Shown here in pieces: positions 11,601 to 19,130 of a stretch of 32,000 bases of DNA. The number at the start of each line of letters is the position of its first letter. Positions within the stretch are counted from its first letter, which is position 1. A program made the translations under genes and the position numbers. Under the pieces are notes generated by a model. That model searched no databases, was not told the origin of the DNA, and saw only the letters and a program-made list of their open reading frames with translations. The stretch lies in contig CP126532.1 of assembly GCA_030167145.1 (NCBI GenBank), positions 3,420,001-3,452,000 on the forward strand, written 5' to 3'. The stretch comes from Ktedonobacterales bacterium (GTDB taxonomy: Bacteria; Chloroflexota; Ktedonobacteria; Ktedonobacterales; JADMIN01).

Positions 11601-12736
11601 CTGTCACTCCCCGCTGCCATCACGCGAGTGAAATAGTCGTGGATCTCGTCGTCGGAGAGTTCTTCGGCGGCGTCGCCTATCGAAATCTCGAACATGCAGT
11701 AGCCAGGGAGCGCGGTTGAGCGCAGCCCCCGGAAGAGCAGCACGCGCTCGTCGCGGGCAATGGCGACGACAGCATCGGAGATCTGTTCTATGTCGCCACG
11801 CAAGTAGACGTGCATCATATTGGTCTGCGGTGGATCAGGCGTGACGGCGATGCCGGGGATGCTGGTCAGCACGCGGGCGATGCGCACGGCGCGCTCATGG
11901 TACGCGGGGAAGCGCGCCAGCCGTTCGCGCAGACCGGCGCGGGCGGCGAGCACGTAGGGATAGAGGCTGCGCAGGTTGCCGCCGTGCCGCCGCAGCCAGA
12001 TACGCGCCTCGGCGATGAAATCGGTGGGACCGGCGAGCGCCGCGCCAGAGATGCCGCCGATACCCTTGTAGAACGAGACATAGACGCTGTCGAAGAGCGC
12101 GGCGACCTCGGCGTATGCCTTGTCATAGTAGGGCGCGGCTTCCCAGAGCCGTGCGCCATCCATGTGCGCCGCCGCGCCACGCTCATGCGCCCAGGCGGTC
12201 TGCGCGACGAGGTCGTCCCACTCCGGAAGCTGACCGCCGATCTCACGCTGGGGCAACTCCAGCAGCAGCGCGGCAATAGGCTCGCGCACGCCGCGCAGGT
12301 TGTCCAGCGTGAGCAGCGCATGCGGCGCGCCCACCAGCCGCGAACGCAGGCCGTGCAAGAACTCGTAGCCCTTTTCTTCGTGAATCTCCAGGTGGCAGGT
12401 GGGATGGAATGCGACCGTCGCGCAGCGCATGCGTTCGCTCCAGATGCGGAGCGCAATCTGCTGCGCCATGGTGCCGCTGGGCATGAAGACGGCGGCTTCT
12501 TTGCCAAGCAGTCCCGCGATCTCGTGCTCGAAGCCTTCGATGAGCGCGCCGGAGCCGTAGATGTCGTCTGCTTCGTCCTCGCCTGCCTCGCGCGCCAGCG
12601 CTTCGAGGGTTGCGCGCAGACGCGGGCGGCCATGCGTGCCCAGGAAGCGTTCGCAGCGCTGGAAGATGGCGTCGCGCTCGCGCTGGCGCTCTTCGGCGCT
12701 GATCGCCGTGTTCGCATCTAGTGTTGGTCCGCTCAT
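11597..12736 (-). CDS. Threonine aldolase / beta-eliminating-lyase family PLP-dependent enzyme
   Basis: DDIYGSGALIEGFEHEIAGLLGKEAAVFMPSGTMAQQIALR...AHMDGARLWEA...DSVYVSFYKGIGGISGA resembles fold-type I PLP enzymes of the threonine-aldolase family, with K in SFYKG as candidate PLP lysine. ATG 12736 is preceded by GAGAGGAAG with a 6-nt spacer. The stop overlaps the RidA stop (CTAG at 11597..11600). Confidence 0.7.
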   Translation of the reverse strand: MSGPTLDANTAISAEERQRERDAIFQRCERFLGTHGRPRLRATLEALAREAGEDEADDIYGSGALIEGFEHEIAGLLGKEAAVFMPSGTMAQQIALRIWSERMRCATVAFHPTCHLEIHEEKGYEFLHGLRSRLVGAPHALLTLDNLRGVREPIAALLLELPQREIGGQLPEWDDLVAQTAWAHERGAAAHMDGARLWEAAPYYDKAYAEVAALFDSVYVSFYKGIGGISGAALAGPTDFIAEARIWLRRHGGNLRSLYPYVLAARAGLRERLARFPAYHERAVRIARVLTSIPGIAVTPDPPQTNMMHVYLRGDIEQISDAVVAIARDERVLLFRGLRSTALPGYCMFEISIGDAAEELSDDEIHDYFTRVMAAGSDS

Positions 12737-12985
12737 CGTTGTCTTCCTCTCTACCCGGTGCATTTCAGATCGCCCGCACACTCTGCTGCAACCCCCCTAT
12801 TGTACCGCTATTGCGCCGCTGTTTTACCGAATATGCCTACCTTGGAATCCTGTGTATGGCCAGATGGGCCAAGCTCGTGTATACTTGCGGGCGTAGGTCG
12901 CTTGTGGGCCTCTGGCCAGGTGAGGCGCGCATGGGCGCATGTGGTCGCTCCGTTGGAGCGCATACCGAAACGAGGACGTGTCATT

Positions 12986-14752
12986 ATGAATTGTCCATCC
13001 TGTGGGCGGCTGGTGAAAGACGCCGCCGCAGTCACGTGTCCGAGCTGCGGTTTGCCTTTGCCGCAGAGCGCGGCCCCAACGCCGGAACCAGTCGAGATGC
13101 CCGTGAACGTGCCGCCGCCAGAAGCGGCGCTCGCGCCGGTAGATACCGCGCCGCCCGCTGAGGCGCTGGCGCCCGTAGATGCCGCGATGATGGCTCCCGC
13201 TGAGGCGGTGACGCCTGATGCGCCCGCGATGGCCGCTGAGCCGTATGGCATGGATGAGCCGCCGGTCGTGCCTGCGCCCTCCGCCGAGGCAAGCGCGCAC
13301 GAGTACGCGACCGCCCATTTGCCCGCCGTGGATGCCGAGCCACCGGACTATTCGACCGCGCACCTGTCCGCGGTGGACGATACGGTGAAAGACTATGGTA
13401 CGGCGCACCTGCCAGCGATGGAGGCGGAGCCACAGGACGATAGCACGGCGCACCTGCCGGTAGCTGAGTCAGAGCCGCCCGCCGCACCGATGGCGCCCGC
13501 TGATCCGTATGCCTGGGCGCCGCCCGCTGAACCCGCTGAATCTGGCGCAGCGGTGGCATCCGAAGCCACGGAAGCGCCAGGGAGCATGCCTGAACCAGCC
13601 GCCGCGCCGGAGACGCCGGCCTGGACCGCGCCCGCCGAAATGGCTGCGGCGGAGATGCCGGTGATGGCGGCGGATGTGCCCAGCGAGCCAGTTGCGCCGC
13701 CGCCTCCGCCTGCGCCAGCGCCCGAAGCGCCGGTTTTTGCCGCGACGCCGCCCCCGCCTGCGCCGGTCGCGCCGCCTGCACCCGTGCAATCCGTGCAACC
13801 TGCGCCACCGGTTGCGCCCGCGTATCCGGGGTATCCGGTGTACGGGCAGCCGGGCATGCCAAGCGTGCCGATGTATCCGCCACAACCGGGTGCGCCGAGT
13901 GTGCCGATGTATCCGCCGCAGCCTGGTATGCCGGGGTATCCCGCATATGGGCAGCCGGGCATGCCGAGTGTGCCGATGTATCCACCATATGGACAGCCCG
14001 CGCCGGGAAGCGTGCCAATGTATCCGGGCTATGGGCAGCCAGGCTCTCCGACGGGTTCACCGTTCGCGCCACAGCCCGCGAAGAAGAGTCGTGCTGGCCT
14101 GATTATCGGAATCATCGTGCTGCTGGTGGTGCTGATCGGCGGTGGTGTGGCGGCGCTCTCCGCGTTTACGGGGAAGAATAGCGGCGGCAACAGTCCCATC
14201 GGGACCGTTGGGCCATCGGCCACGGCAACCCCACAGACGCTCTTCCATGATGCGCTGGCGAGCAATACGAATGGCTGGGCCGATGCCGCTGGCGAGTGCT
14301 TTTTCAGCGCGGATGGCTATCACGTGACGAATGGCTATATTTGCTATGCGCCCGCCGGGGAGTATGGCGACGCGAGTTTCACGGTGCAAACCAAGCAGCT
14401 CAGCGGGCCAGTCAGCCATACGCACGGTATCGTCTTCAGGCGTCAATCGCGGGGCAACTACTACGGCTTCGAGGTAGATGCCGAAGGTGAATGGGTGTTC
14501 TACAAAGCGGTCAACGACAGCTATACGACGCTGCACGACTTCACCACAAATCCGGCAATTCAGTCTGGCCTGAATGCGACGAATACACTGAAGGTGGTGG
14601 CGAAAGGCTCGCACTTCGACTTCTACGTCAACGACACGCTGGTCGGCTCGGCGGACGACTCGACGTTTACGAGCAGCGGGAAATGGGGCCTGAGTGCGGA
14701 CGAGAGTATTGATGTGCTCTACAGCAATCTGACCATCTCGGCAGTGAGCTAG
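12986..14752 (+). CDS. Zinc-ribbon / long Pro/Ala-rich repeat region / single-TM / jelly-roll ectodomain protein, paralog C
   Basis: MNCPSCG..x..CPSCG zinc ribbon, ~430 aa Pro/Ala/Glu-rich region with two internal repeat arrays, TM helix LIIGIIVLLVVLIGGGVAAL. C-terminal domain: HGIVFRRQSRGNYYGFEVDAEGEWVFYKAV...NTLKVVAKGSHFDFYVND...VLYSNLTI. GAGGA lies 9 nt upstream of ATG 12986. Confidence 0.8.
   Translation: MNCPSCGRLVKDAAAVTCPSCGLPLPQSAAPTPEPVEMPVNVPPPEAALAPVDTAPPAEALAPVDAAMMAPAEAVTPDAPAMAAEPYGMDEPPVVPAPSAEASAHEYATAHLPAVDAEPPDYSTAHLSAVDDTVKDYGTAHLPAMEAEPQDDSTAHLPVAESEPPAAPMAPADPYAWAPPAEPAESGAAVASEATEAPGSMPEPAAAPETPAWTAPAEMAAAEMPVMAADVPSEPVAPPPPPAPAPEAPVFAATPPPPAPVAPPAPVQSVQPAPPVAPAYPGYPVYGQPGMPSVPMYPPQPGAPSVPMYPPQPGMPGYPAYGQPGMPSVPMYPPYGQPAPGSVPMYPGYGQPGSPTGSPFAPQPAKKSRAGLIIGIIVLLVVLIGGGVAALSAFTGKNSGGNSPIGTVGPSATATPQTLFHDALASNTNGWADAAGECFFSADGYHVTNGYICYAPAGEYGDASFTVQTKQLSGPVSHTHGIVFRRQSRGNYYGFEVDAEGEWVFYKAVNDSYTTLHDFTTNPAIQSGLNATNTLKVVAKGSHFDFYVNDTLVGSADDSTFTSSGKWGLSADESIDVLYSNLTISAVS
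13310..13489 (+). repeat. Four tandem 45-nt (15-aa) coding repeats (TAHLPAVDAEPPDYS-type) inside paralog C
   Basis: TAHLPAVDAEPPDYS / TAHLSAVDDTVKDYG / TAHLPAMEAEPQDDS / TAHLPVAESEPPAAP. The DNA units begin acc/acg-gcN-cac/cat-ctg/ttg. Confidence 0.8.
13823..14044 (+). repeat. Degenerate tandem coding repeats (GQPGMPSVPMYPP-type) inside paralog C
   Basis: SVPMYP occurs four times and YGQPG four times: YPGYPVYGQPGMPSVPMYPPQPGAPSVPMYPPQPGMPGYPAYGQPGMPSVPMYPPYGQPAPGSVPMYPGYGQPG. The near-identical DNA unit gtgccgatgtatcc is repeated. Confidence 0.75.
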
Positions 14753-14779
14753 TTCGCGCGCACATTTGCCGATAGACAG

Positions 14780-14815
14780 ATAAGCGGCAGTGGGCATGCG
14801 CTCGCTGCCGCTTAT
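14780..14815. terminator. Hairpin between convergent genes (possible bidirectional terminator)
   Basis: Perfect 11-bp stem ATAAGCGGCAG / CTGCCGCTTAT with a 14-nt loop, between the stop of paralog C (14752) and the stop of the dioxygenase (14846). Confidence 0.5.
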
Positions 14816-14845
14816 TGCTGTCACGTCGCGCGGACGGGGTGCGCC

Positions 14846-15868
14846 CTAGCGGGAGAGCGCCGCTGCATCTGCCGCTGGCGGGGTGGCGAGTGGACGCAGA
14901 CCGGCCTCGATTTCCTCGCGATATGGCTCAAGGAAGGGCGGCAATGCCAGGCGCTCGCCCAGATGCGCGGGATCCTCGTCGGTAGCGAAGCCGGGGCCTT
15001 CGGTAGCGATCTCGAAGAGGACGCCGCCCGGCTCGCGGAAGTAGATCGAATGGAAGTAGAAGCGGTCTATCTGCTGGGTGACGGGGATGTGCGCGGCGAG
15101 GATACGTTTCCGCCAGGCAAGATGCTCCTCATCGTTGGGGGTGCGGAAGGCGACGTGATGTACGCCACCGATGCCGACGACGCCCTGCGGCAAGTCGCTC
15201 TGCACTTCGAGATGCACCTCAGCGCCGGGGCCGCCGTCGCCCACCGCGAAGATGCGCACGTCACGCGGCGCGGGAATATCGTCGCTGGCGGGGAGCGTGT
15301 AGTCGCCCGCCGCGCGGAAGCCGAGCGTCTGCGTCAGCACGTTCTCGGTTGGCTCCAGGCGCCTGACGAGCAGCCGCACACCGTGCAGGCCGCGCAATTG
15401 ATAGGCTGCTGGCACGGGGCTGCCCGTCCAGGGTTCGCCGCCAGCCACCGGCACAGGTTCGCCATCGGCGGGGGCGATCAACTCGTAGTGCTGGCCCTCG
15501 AAATCGGTGAAAGGCAAGGTGGCGCGTCCGGCGCGTCCGGCGATGGCATCGTGCGCGACATTCAGATCGTCGAAGCGCTGCGCCCACCACGTAAGCGCGG
15601 CGCGGTCGGGCGCGCGCAGCAGAATCGCGGAGATCGTGCCGGTGCCCTGGCGGTTGCGCACGGCCTGGGGCCAGTCGAAGAAGGTGAGTTCGGTGCCCGC
15701 GTGGCCGGTGGCGTCGCCGTAGAAGAGGTGATAGGCGGCAACGTCATCCTGATTGACGGTTTTCTTGACCAGCCGCAGGCCAAGCGTCTGCGTATAAAAC
15801 GCCACATTTGCCTCGGCGTCGCCGGTGACTGCTGTCACATGGTGCAGGCCACCAAGCTGTGAGTTCAT
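14846..15868 (-). CDS. Ring-cleaving dioxygenase, vicinal-oxygen-chelate (glyoxalase/bleomycin-resistance) superfamily, MhqO/YfiE-like
   Basis: GLHHVTAVTGDAEANVAFYTQTLGLRLVKKTVNQDDVAAYHLFYGDATGHAGTELTFFDWP, plus a second VOC repeat (GVHHVAFRTPNDEEHLAWRKRI...FYFHSIYFREPGGVLFEIAT). Three consecutive ATGs lie at 15874, 15871 and 15868. The last has the best spacing (7 nt) to GGAG. The track start is 15892. Confidence 0.8.
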   Translation of the reverse strand: MNSQLGGLHHVTAVTGDAEANVAFYTQTLGLRLVKKTVNQDDVAAYHLFYGDATGHAGTELTFFDWPQAVRNRQGTGTISAILLRAPDRAALTWWAQRFDDLNVAHDAIAGRAGRATLPFTDFEGQHYELIAPADGEPVPVAGGEPWTGSPVPAAYQLRGLHGVRLLVRRLEPTENVLTQTLGFRAAGDYTLPASDDIPAPRDVRIFAVGDGGPGAEVHLEVQSDLPQGVVGIGGVHHVAFRTPNDEEHLAWRKRILAAHIPVTQQIDRFYFHSIYFREPGGVLFEIATEGPGFATDEDPAHLGERLALPPFLEPYREEIEAGLRPLATPPAADAAALSR

Positions 15869-15961
15869 CATCATGCTCCGTTTCATGCCCATTCATGCCT
15901 GGGTGTTGGTCTTCTCTGGTCGTGGCCCCCAAGTATGCCACATCATTCTCTCGTGATGGTT

Positions 15962-15992
15962 TAAGTTTAGTACTAAACTTATGAAATGTCAA
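15962..15992 (-). promoter_or_regulatory. Putative promoter (TTGACA-17-TAAACT) overlapped by a perfect 20-bp palindrome (candidate repressor operator)
   Basis: Minus strand: TTGACA (15992..15987), 17-nt spacer, TAAACT (15969..15964). TAAGTTTAGTACTAAACTTA at 15962..15981 equals its own reverse complement. It is AT-rich in a GC-rich context and lies 70-95 nt upstream of the dioxygenase start. Confidence 0.55.
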
Positions 15993-16025
15993 GTGATGGC
16001 GTTGCAGAAGGTAGCACCGGTGACG

Positions 16026-16952
16026 TCAGGTGCGGCCAGATAGCTTGGCGAAAGCCTGGGTGATAAACCAGCGGTGGCCATCGCGCATGCGCTGTTCAGT
16101 GGCCGCGTCGGCGGCCCATTCGCCAAGCTTGGATGCCGGGCGCAGGGCGGCGCAGAGATCCCAATAGGGCAGGTTGGTGAGATCAATGGCGTTCATAGCT
16201 ATGTAGTGCTGGGTGAAACGCTCCATGGCGTTGGTACCGAAGGCCCAGAGGATTTCGAGGCGGCTATTGGCGAGGTCGAAGAGTGGGTCGCCGACCGCCG
16301 CGTCTTCCCAGTCTATGACGGCGACAAGCTGCCCAGCATGCCAGAGGATATTTCCGGGCCAGTAGTCGCCGTGAAGCAACACGGATGGGTTGCGCTGCGG
16401 AGGCGGCCAGACGGACGCCAACGTGTCGCGGATATGGCCTTCATCGAGGGAGTCATCGAGTATCGCGGGCCGTTCGCGCAGCTTGTGAGCGTAGCGGCGC
16501 GTTTGTTCGGGCAGAAACGAGAGGTCCAGGTGTTCACGATCTACGGCGTGAATGCGGGCGAGCTGCATGGCGAATTGACGTATGTAGCCGCTGAGGTCGG
16601 TGGGGGCGACGTCCGGCTCGCCTTCGATATAGGCGATGACGAGGTAGGGTGCGGGGAAGATTTCACCAGATTGATCGAGCAGATACGGTGCGGGCGCGGC
16701 CACGCCAGCGGATTGAAGGAGTTGCAACAACCGGTATTCGTCCGCCGCGATGTTGGGGTTGTAGGCGCGGTCCACCGCGCCATGCTGGCGCACCAGCAGC
16801 TTCTGCGTTTCGCCATCGGGCCGCGCGATTTCGAGCGCCGTCACCTGGGCCGAGACGCCGCCCTGCAACGCCCATGCGCGCAGCAGTGTGCCGTGTGGGT
16901 CCAGCTTGCGAACCACCTGTGCGAACTTGTCGAGTTGGGTTGCTTCGGACAT
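16026..16952 (-). CDS. Phosphotransferase enzyme family (APH/choline-kinase-fold) small-molecule kinase
   Basis: Brenner/catalytic motif VLLHGDYWPGNILW and the Mg-binding segment AVIDWEDAAVGDPLFDLA. ATG 16952 (MSEATQLDKF) is preferred. The track start 17117 would overlap the upstream gene and its hairpin. Confidence 0.75.
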   Translation of the reverse strand: MSEATQLDKFAQVVRKLDPHGTLLRAWALQGGVSAQVTALEIARPDGETQKLLVRQHGAVDRAYNPNIAADEYRLLQLLQSAGVAAPAPYLLDQSGEIFPAPYLVIAYIEGEPDVAPTDLSGYIRQFAMQLARIHAVDREHLDLSFLPEQTRRYAHKLRERPAILDDSLDEGHIRDTLASVWPPPQRNPSVLLHGDYWPGNILWHAGQLVAVIDWEDAAVGDPLFDLANSRLEILWAFGTNAMERFTQHYIAMNAIDLTNLPYWDLCAALRPASKLGEWAADAATEQRMRDGHRWFITQAFAKLSGRT

Positions 16953-16981
16953 GAGCGTGGTTTCTCTCAGTGGGACGCGGC

Positions 16982-17009
16982 ATAGAGGCGATGCAGGCAT
17001 CGCCCCTAT
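16982..17009 (-). terminator. Strong hairpin downstream of ribY (possible terminator or 3' stabiliser)
   Basis: ATAGAGGCGATGC-AG-GCATCGCCCCTAT forms a ~12-bp stem including one G-U pair. It lies 65 nt after the ribY stop and 30 nt before the kinase start. There is no clear U-tract. Confidence 0.4.
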
Positions 17010-17073
17010 GGAACCAGACGGTACGGAGCGCCACCCGCACATGTGGATGCGCACCGTACACATCAGGCCAGAC

Positions 17074-18099
17074 TTACGCAGCGGGCAGATAGGCGTTACT
17101 GTAGGCTTTGGCGACATCCACCGCGCCGGAGAGCTGGCCCTGGGATTGGAGGAATGCCGCCATGGTTTGCCAGGCGGCGGGGTCGCTATAGCCGGGCTGC
17201 TGGCCGCTGGCCACCTGCCAGAGCGGGAGCGTCGCCATCAGTTCGTTGAGCGCGCTCTGGACTTTGGCGGGGTCGTTGAGGCCGGGGACGTATTGCTTGC
17301 TGATCTCGACGGCTTTGTCGGGGTGCGCCAGGACGTATTGCACGCCCTCCATCGTGCCCTTGACGAGTGCCTTGATGTCGTTGGGGTGCGCGCTCAGTTC
17401 GCTTTCCAGCGCGGCGAGGCCGTTGGAGATCAGGGGCTGGGTGACGGGAAAGGTGCGGATGGCGAAGCCCGCTTTTTGTAGCTGCACCGGCTCATTGTTG
17501 ATGTAGCCCATGACGGCATCCACTTTGTGGCCGAGCAGCGCCGAGACCTGGGTGAAGCCGATGGGCTGGATGTTGACATCGGACTTGCTCAGCCCCGCGC
17601 CTTGCAGCAGCGAGAGCAGGCCGATGTAGGTCGCGCCGTAGAAGCCGGGGATGCCGACGGAATGCCCACGCAGGTCGGCCAACGTCTGGATGGACGAATC
17701 AGCGGGGACGATGAGGGTGACGGGGTACTCGGTGTAGACGGTGGCGACGTAGGTGAGCGGGATGTTGTGGCTACGCGCCTGCAGCGTCTCGTCGCCGCCC
17801 GCGAAGACGGCATCCTCGTGGCCAGCGGCGATGGCGTCGAACTCGCCTTCGGTGAAGCTGTGGTGGCGCAGGGTGACGTCCAGCCCGGCGGCTTTGTAGT
17901 AGCCGAGCGATTCGGCGACGTAGAAGGGCGCGAACTGCACATCGGGGATGTACGTCAGGCCGAGGGTGAGATGGCGCAGGTTGCCAGTGCCGCCAGACGC
18001 GGTGCTACCACAGGCGGCGAGCGAGGTCAGGGATAGCGCGGCGAGCAGGACAAGGACGGCTGAGCGCGGGCTTAGCCGGGAAATTCGATGCTGAATCAT
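17074..18099 (-). CDS. ribY: ABC transporter substrate-binding lipoprotein, NMT1/THI5 (ThiY)-like; candidate riboflavin-binding RibY
   Basis: MIQHRISRLSPRSAVLVLLAALSLTSLAACGS is a signal peptide with a lipobox. LTLGLTYIPDVQFAPFYVAESLGYYKAAGLDVTL is typical of the NitT/TauT/ThiY SBP family. The start lies 5 nt after the permease stop. The locus is preceded by an FMN riboswitch. The track ORF (to 18657) is an out-of-context 186-aa Arg-rich extension overlapping the permease. Confidence 0.8.
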   Translation of the reverse strand: MIQHRISRLSPRSAVLVLLAALSLTSLAACGSTASGGTGNLRHLTLGLTYIPDVQFAPFYVAESLGYYKAAGLDVTLRHHSFTEGEFDAIAAGHEDAVFAGGDETLQARSHNIPLTYVATVYTEYPVTLIVPADSSIQTLADLRGHSVGIPGFYGATYIGLLSLLQGAGLSKSDVNIQPIGFTQVSALLGHKVDAVMGYINNEPVQLQKAGFAIRTFPVTQPLISNGLAALESELSAHPNDIKALVKGTMEGVQYVLAHPDKAVEISKQYVPGLNDPAKVQSALNELMATLPLWQVASGQQPGYSDPAAWQTMAAFLQSQGQLSGAVDVAKAYSNAYLPAA

Positions 18100-18104
18100 A
18101 GTTC

Positions 18105-18980
18105 TCAAACAGCCTCCGCAAACGAAAAGCTCCGCTCGAGCAGCCGCACCAGACCATAGAGCGCGGCGGCGAGCAGGGCGAGCATGAGTAAGGTGGCAAA
18201 GACACCAGCGGAATCGGCGGCGCTGCGGTCTATCAGCAGCAACTGGCCGAGTCCATTGCCGCCGACGACGAATTCGCCGACGACGGCCCCGGTGACGGAG
18301 AGAGTTAAGCTGGCCCGTAGACCGGCCAGGATACTTGGCAGCGCGAGGGGGAACTCCATATGCCTGAGCAGCGCCCAGCGGCCCGCGCCATCCACACGGG
18401 CGGCGTCGAGTATGTCGTGATCGAGCATCCGCAGGCCCAGAACGGTGGTGATGACCAGCGGAAAGAAGACGATCAGCGCGCAGAGGGCGATCACCGGCGA
18501 GAGGCCGTAGCCGAGCCAGAGGGCGATCAGCGGCGCGATGGCGACGGCGGGCAGCGCCTGGCTCGCGGCGACATATGGCTGCACGGCGCTGGCGATCATG
18601 CGGCTGCGCACGATGAGATAGCCCAGCGGCAGCGCGATCAGCGCGCCAAGCACGCAACCTGCCAGGCTCTCGATCAACGTGGTCAGTGCATAGCTGGGCA
18701 GCAGACCATCGGTGAGCGAGAACCAGAAGGCGCGTACCACATCGGCGGGAAAGGGCAGCAGGAACGACGAGACAGCCCCGCTTTGCACGGCGAACTGCCA
18801 GGCCGCCAGCACGACAAGGCCCAGCAGCAGCGGCGGCAATAGTCCCGGCAGACCCCAGCGATCTTGCCGGAATGTGCGCGGCGGGCGGTTGCCCTTGGGC
18901 GGCGTGGCGGGCGGCGCGTTCTCTGCGTCGCGCGTCTGTAGCGCGGGTTCAGGTGGTGGGGATAGCGATTTCAAAGCCAT
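18105..18980 (-). CDS. ribX: ABC transporter permease (NitT/TauT family); candidate RibX
   Basis: Six predicted TM segments with a BPD_transp_1-type EAA loop region (DILDAARVDGAGRWALLRHMEFPLALPSILAGL). ATG 18980 (MALKSLSPPP) has GAGGAGG 8-9 nt upstream. The track start 19088 would lie inside the riboswitch terminator. Confidence 0.8.
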   Translation of the reverse strand: MALKSLSPPPEPALQTRDAENAPPATPPKGNRPPRTFRQDRWGLPGLLPPLLLGLVVLAAWQFAVQSGAVSSFLLPFPADVVRAFWFSLTDGLLPSYALTTLIESLAGCVLGALIALPLGYLIVRSRMIASAVQPYVAASQALPAVAIAPLIALWLGYGLSPVIALCALIVFFPLVITTVLGLRMLDHDILDAARVDGAGRWALLRHMEFPLALPSILAGLRASLTLSVTGAVVGEFVVGGNGLGQLLLIDRSAADSAGVFATLLMLALLAAALYGLVRLLERSFSFAEAV

Positions 18981-18988
18981 GAACACAT

Positions 18989-19074
18989 GCCTCCTCGGAG
19001 TACCCAACCGGGGAGGCGCGTCTATCGCATGATACGAAAAGCCGCCCCGGCGGTAGGTTCCGACCTGGGGCGGC
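18989..19074 (-). terminator. FMN-riboswitch expression platform: intrinsic terminator plus SD-sequestering helix
   Basis: Minus strand: GCCGCCCCAGG...CCGGGGCGGC stem (19074..19041) followed by UUUU (19040..19037). Then GCCUCCCCGG-N9-CCGAGGAGGC (19017..18989), whose 3' arm contains the ribX Shine-Dalgarno GAGGAGG. Confidence 0.65.
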
Positions 19075-19130
19075 ACGCGGGCGAACACGCGGCGCGCATG
19101 CCCTGGATAGCGGGCAGGCGGACGCGATTC

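Noticed and set aside
13032-14072. 346-aa minus-strand ORF, plus several 140-210-aa ORFs in 12808..14265
   Set aside because: They are antisense or off-frame readings of the Pro/Ala-rich repeat region of paralog C. GC-rich repeats keep all frames open.
18100-18657. N-terminal 186-aa extension of the track ORF 17074..18657
   Set aside because: The extension overlaps the ribX permease in another frame and is Arg-rich. The binding protein has a clean signal peptide and lipobox starting at ATG 18099, 5 nt after the ribX stop.
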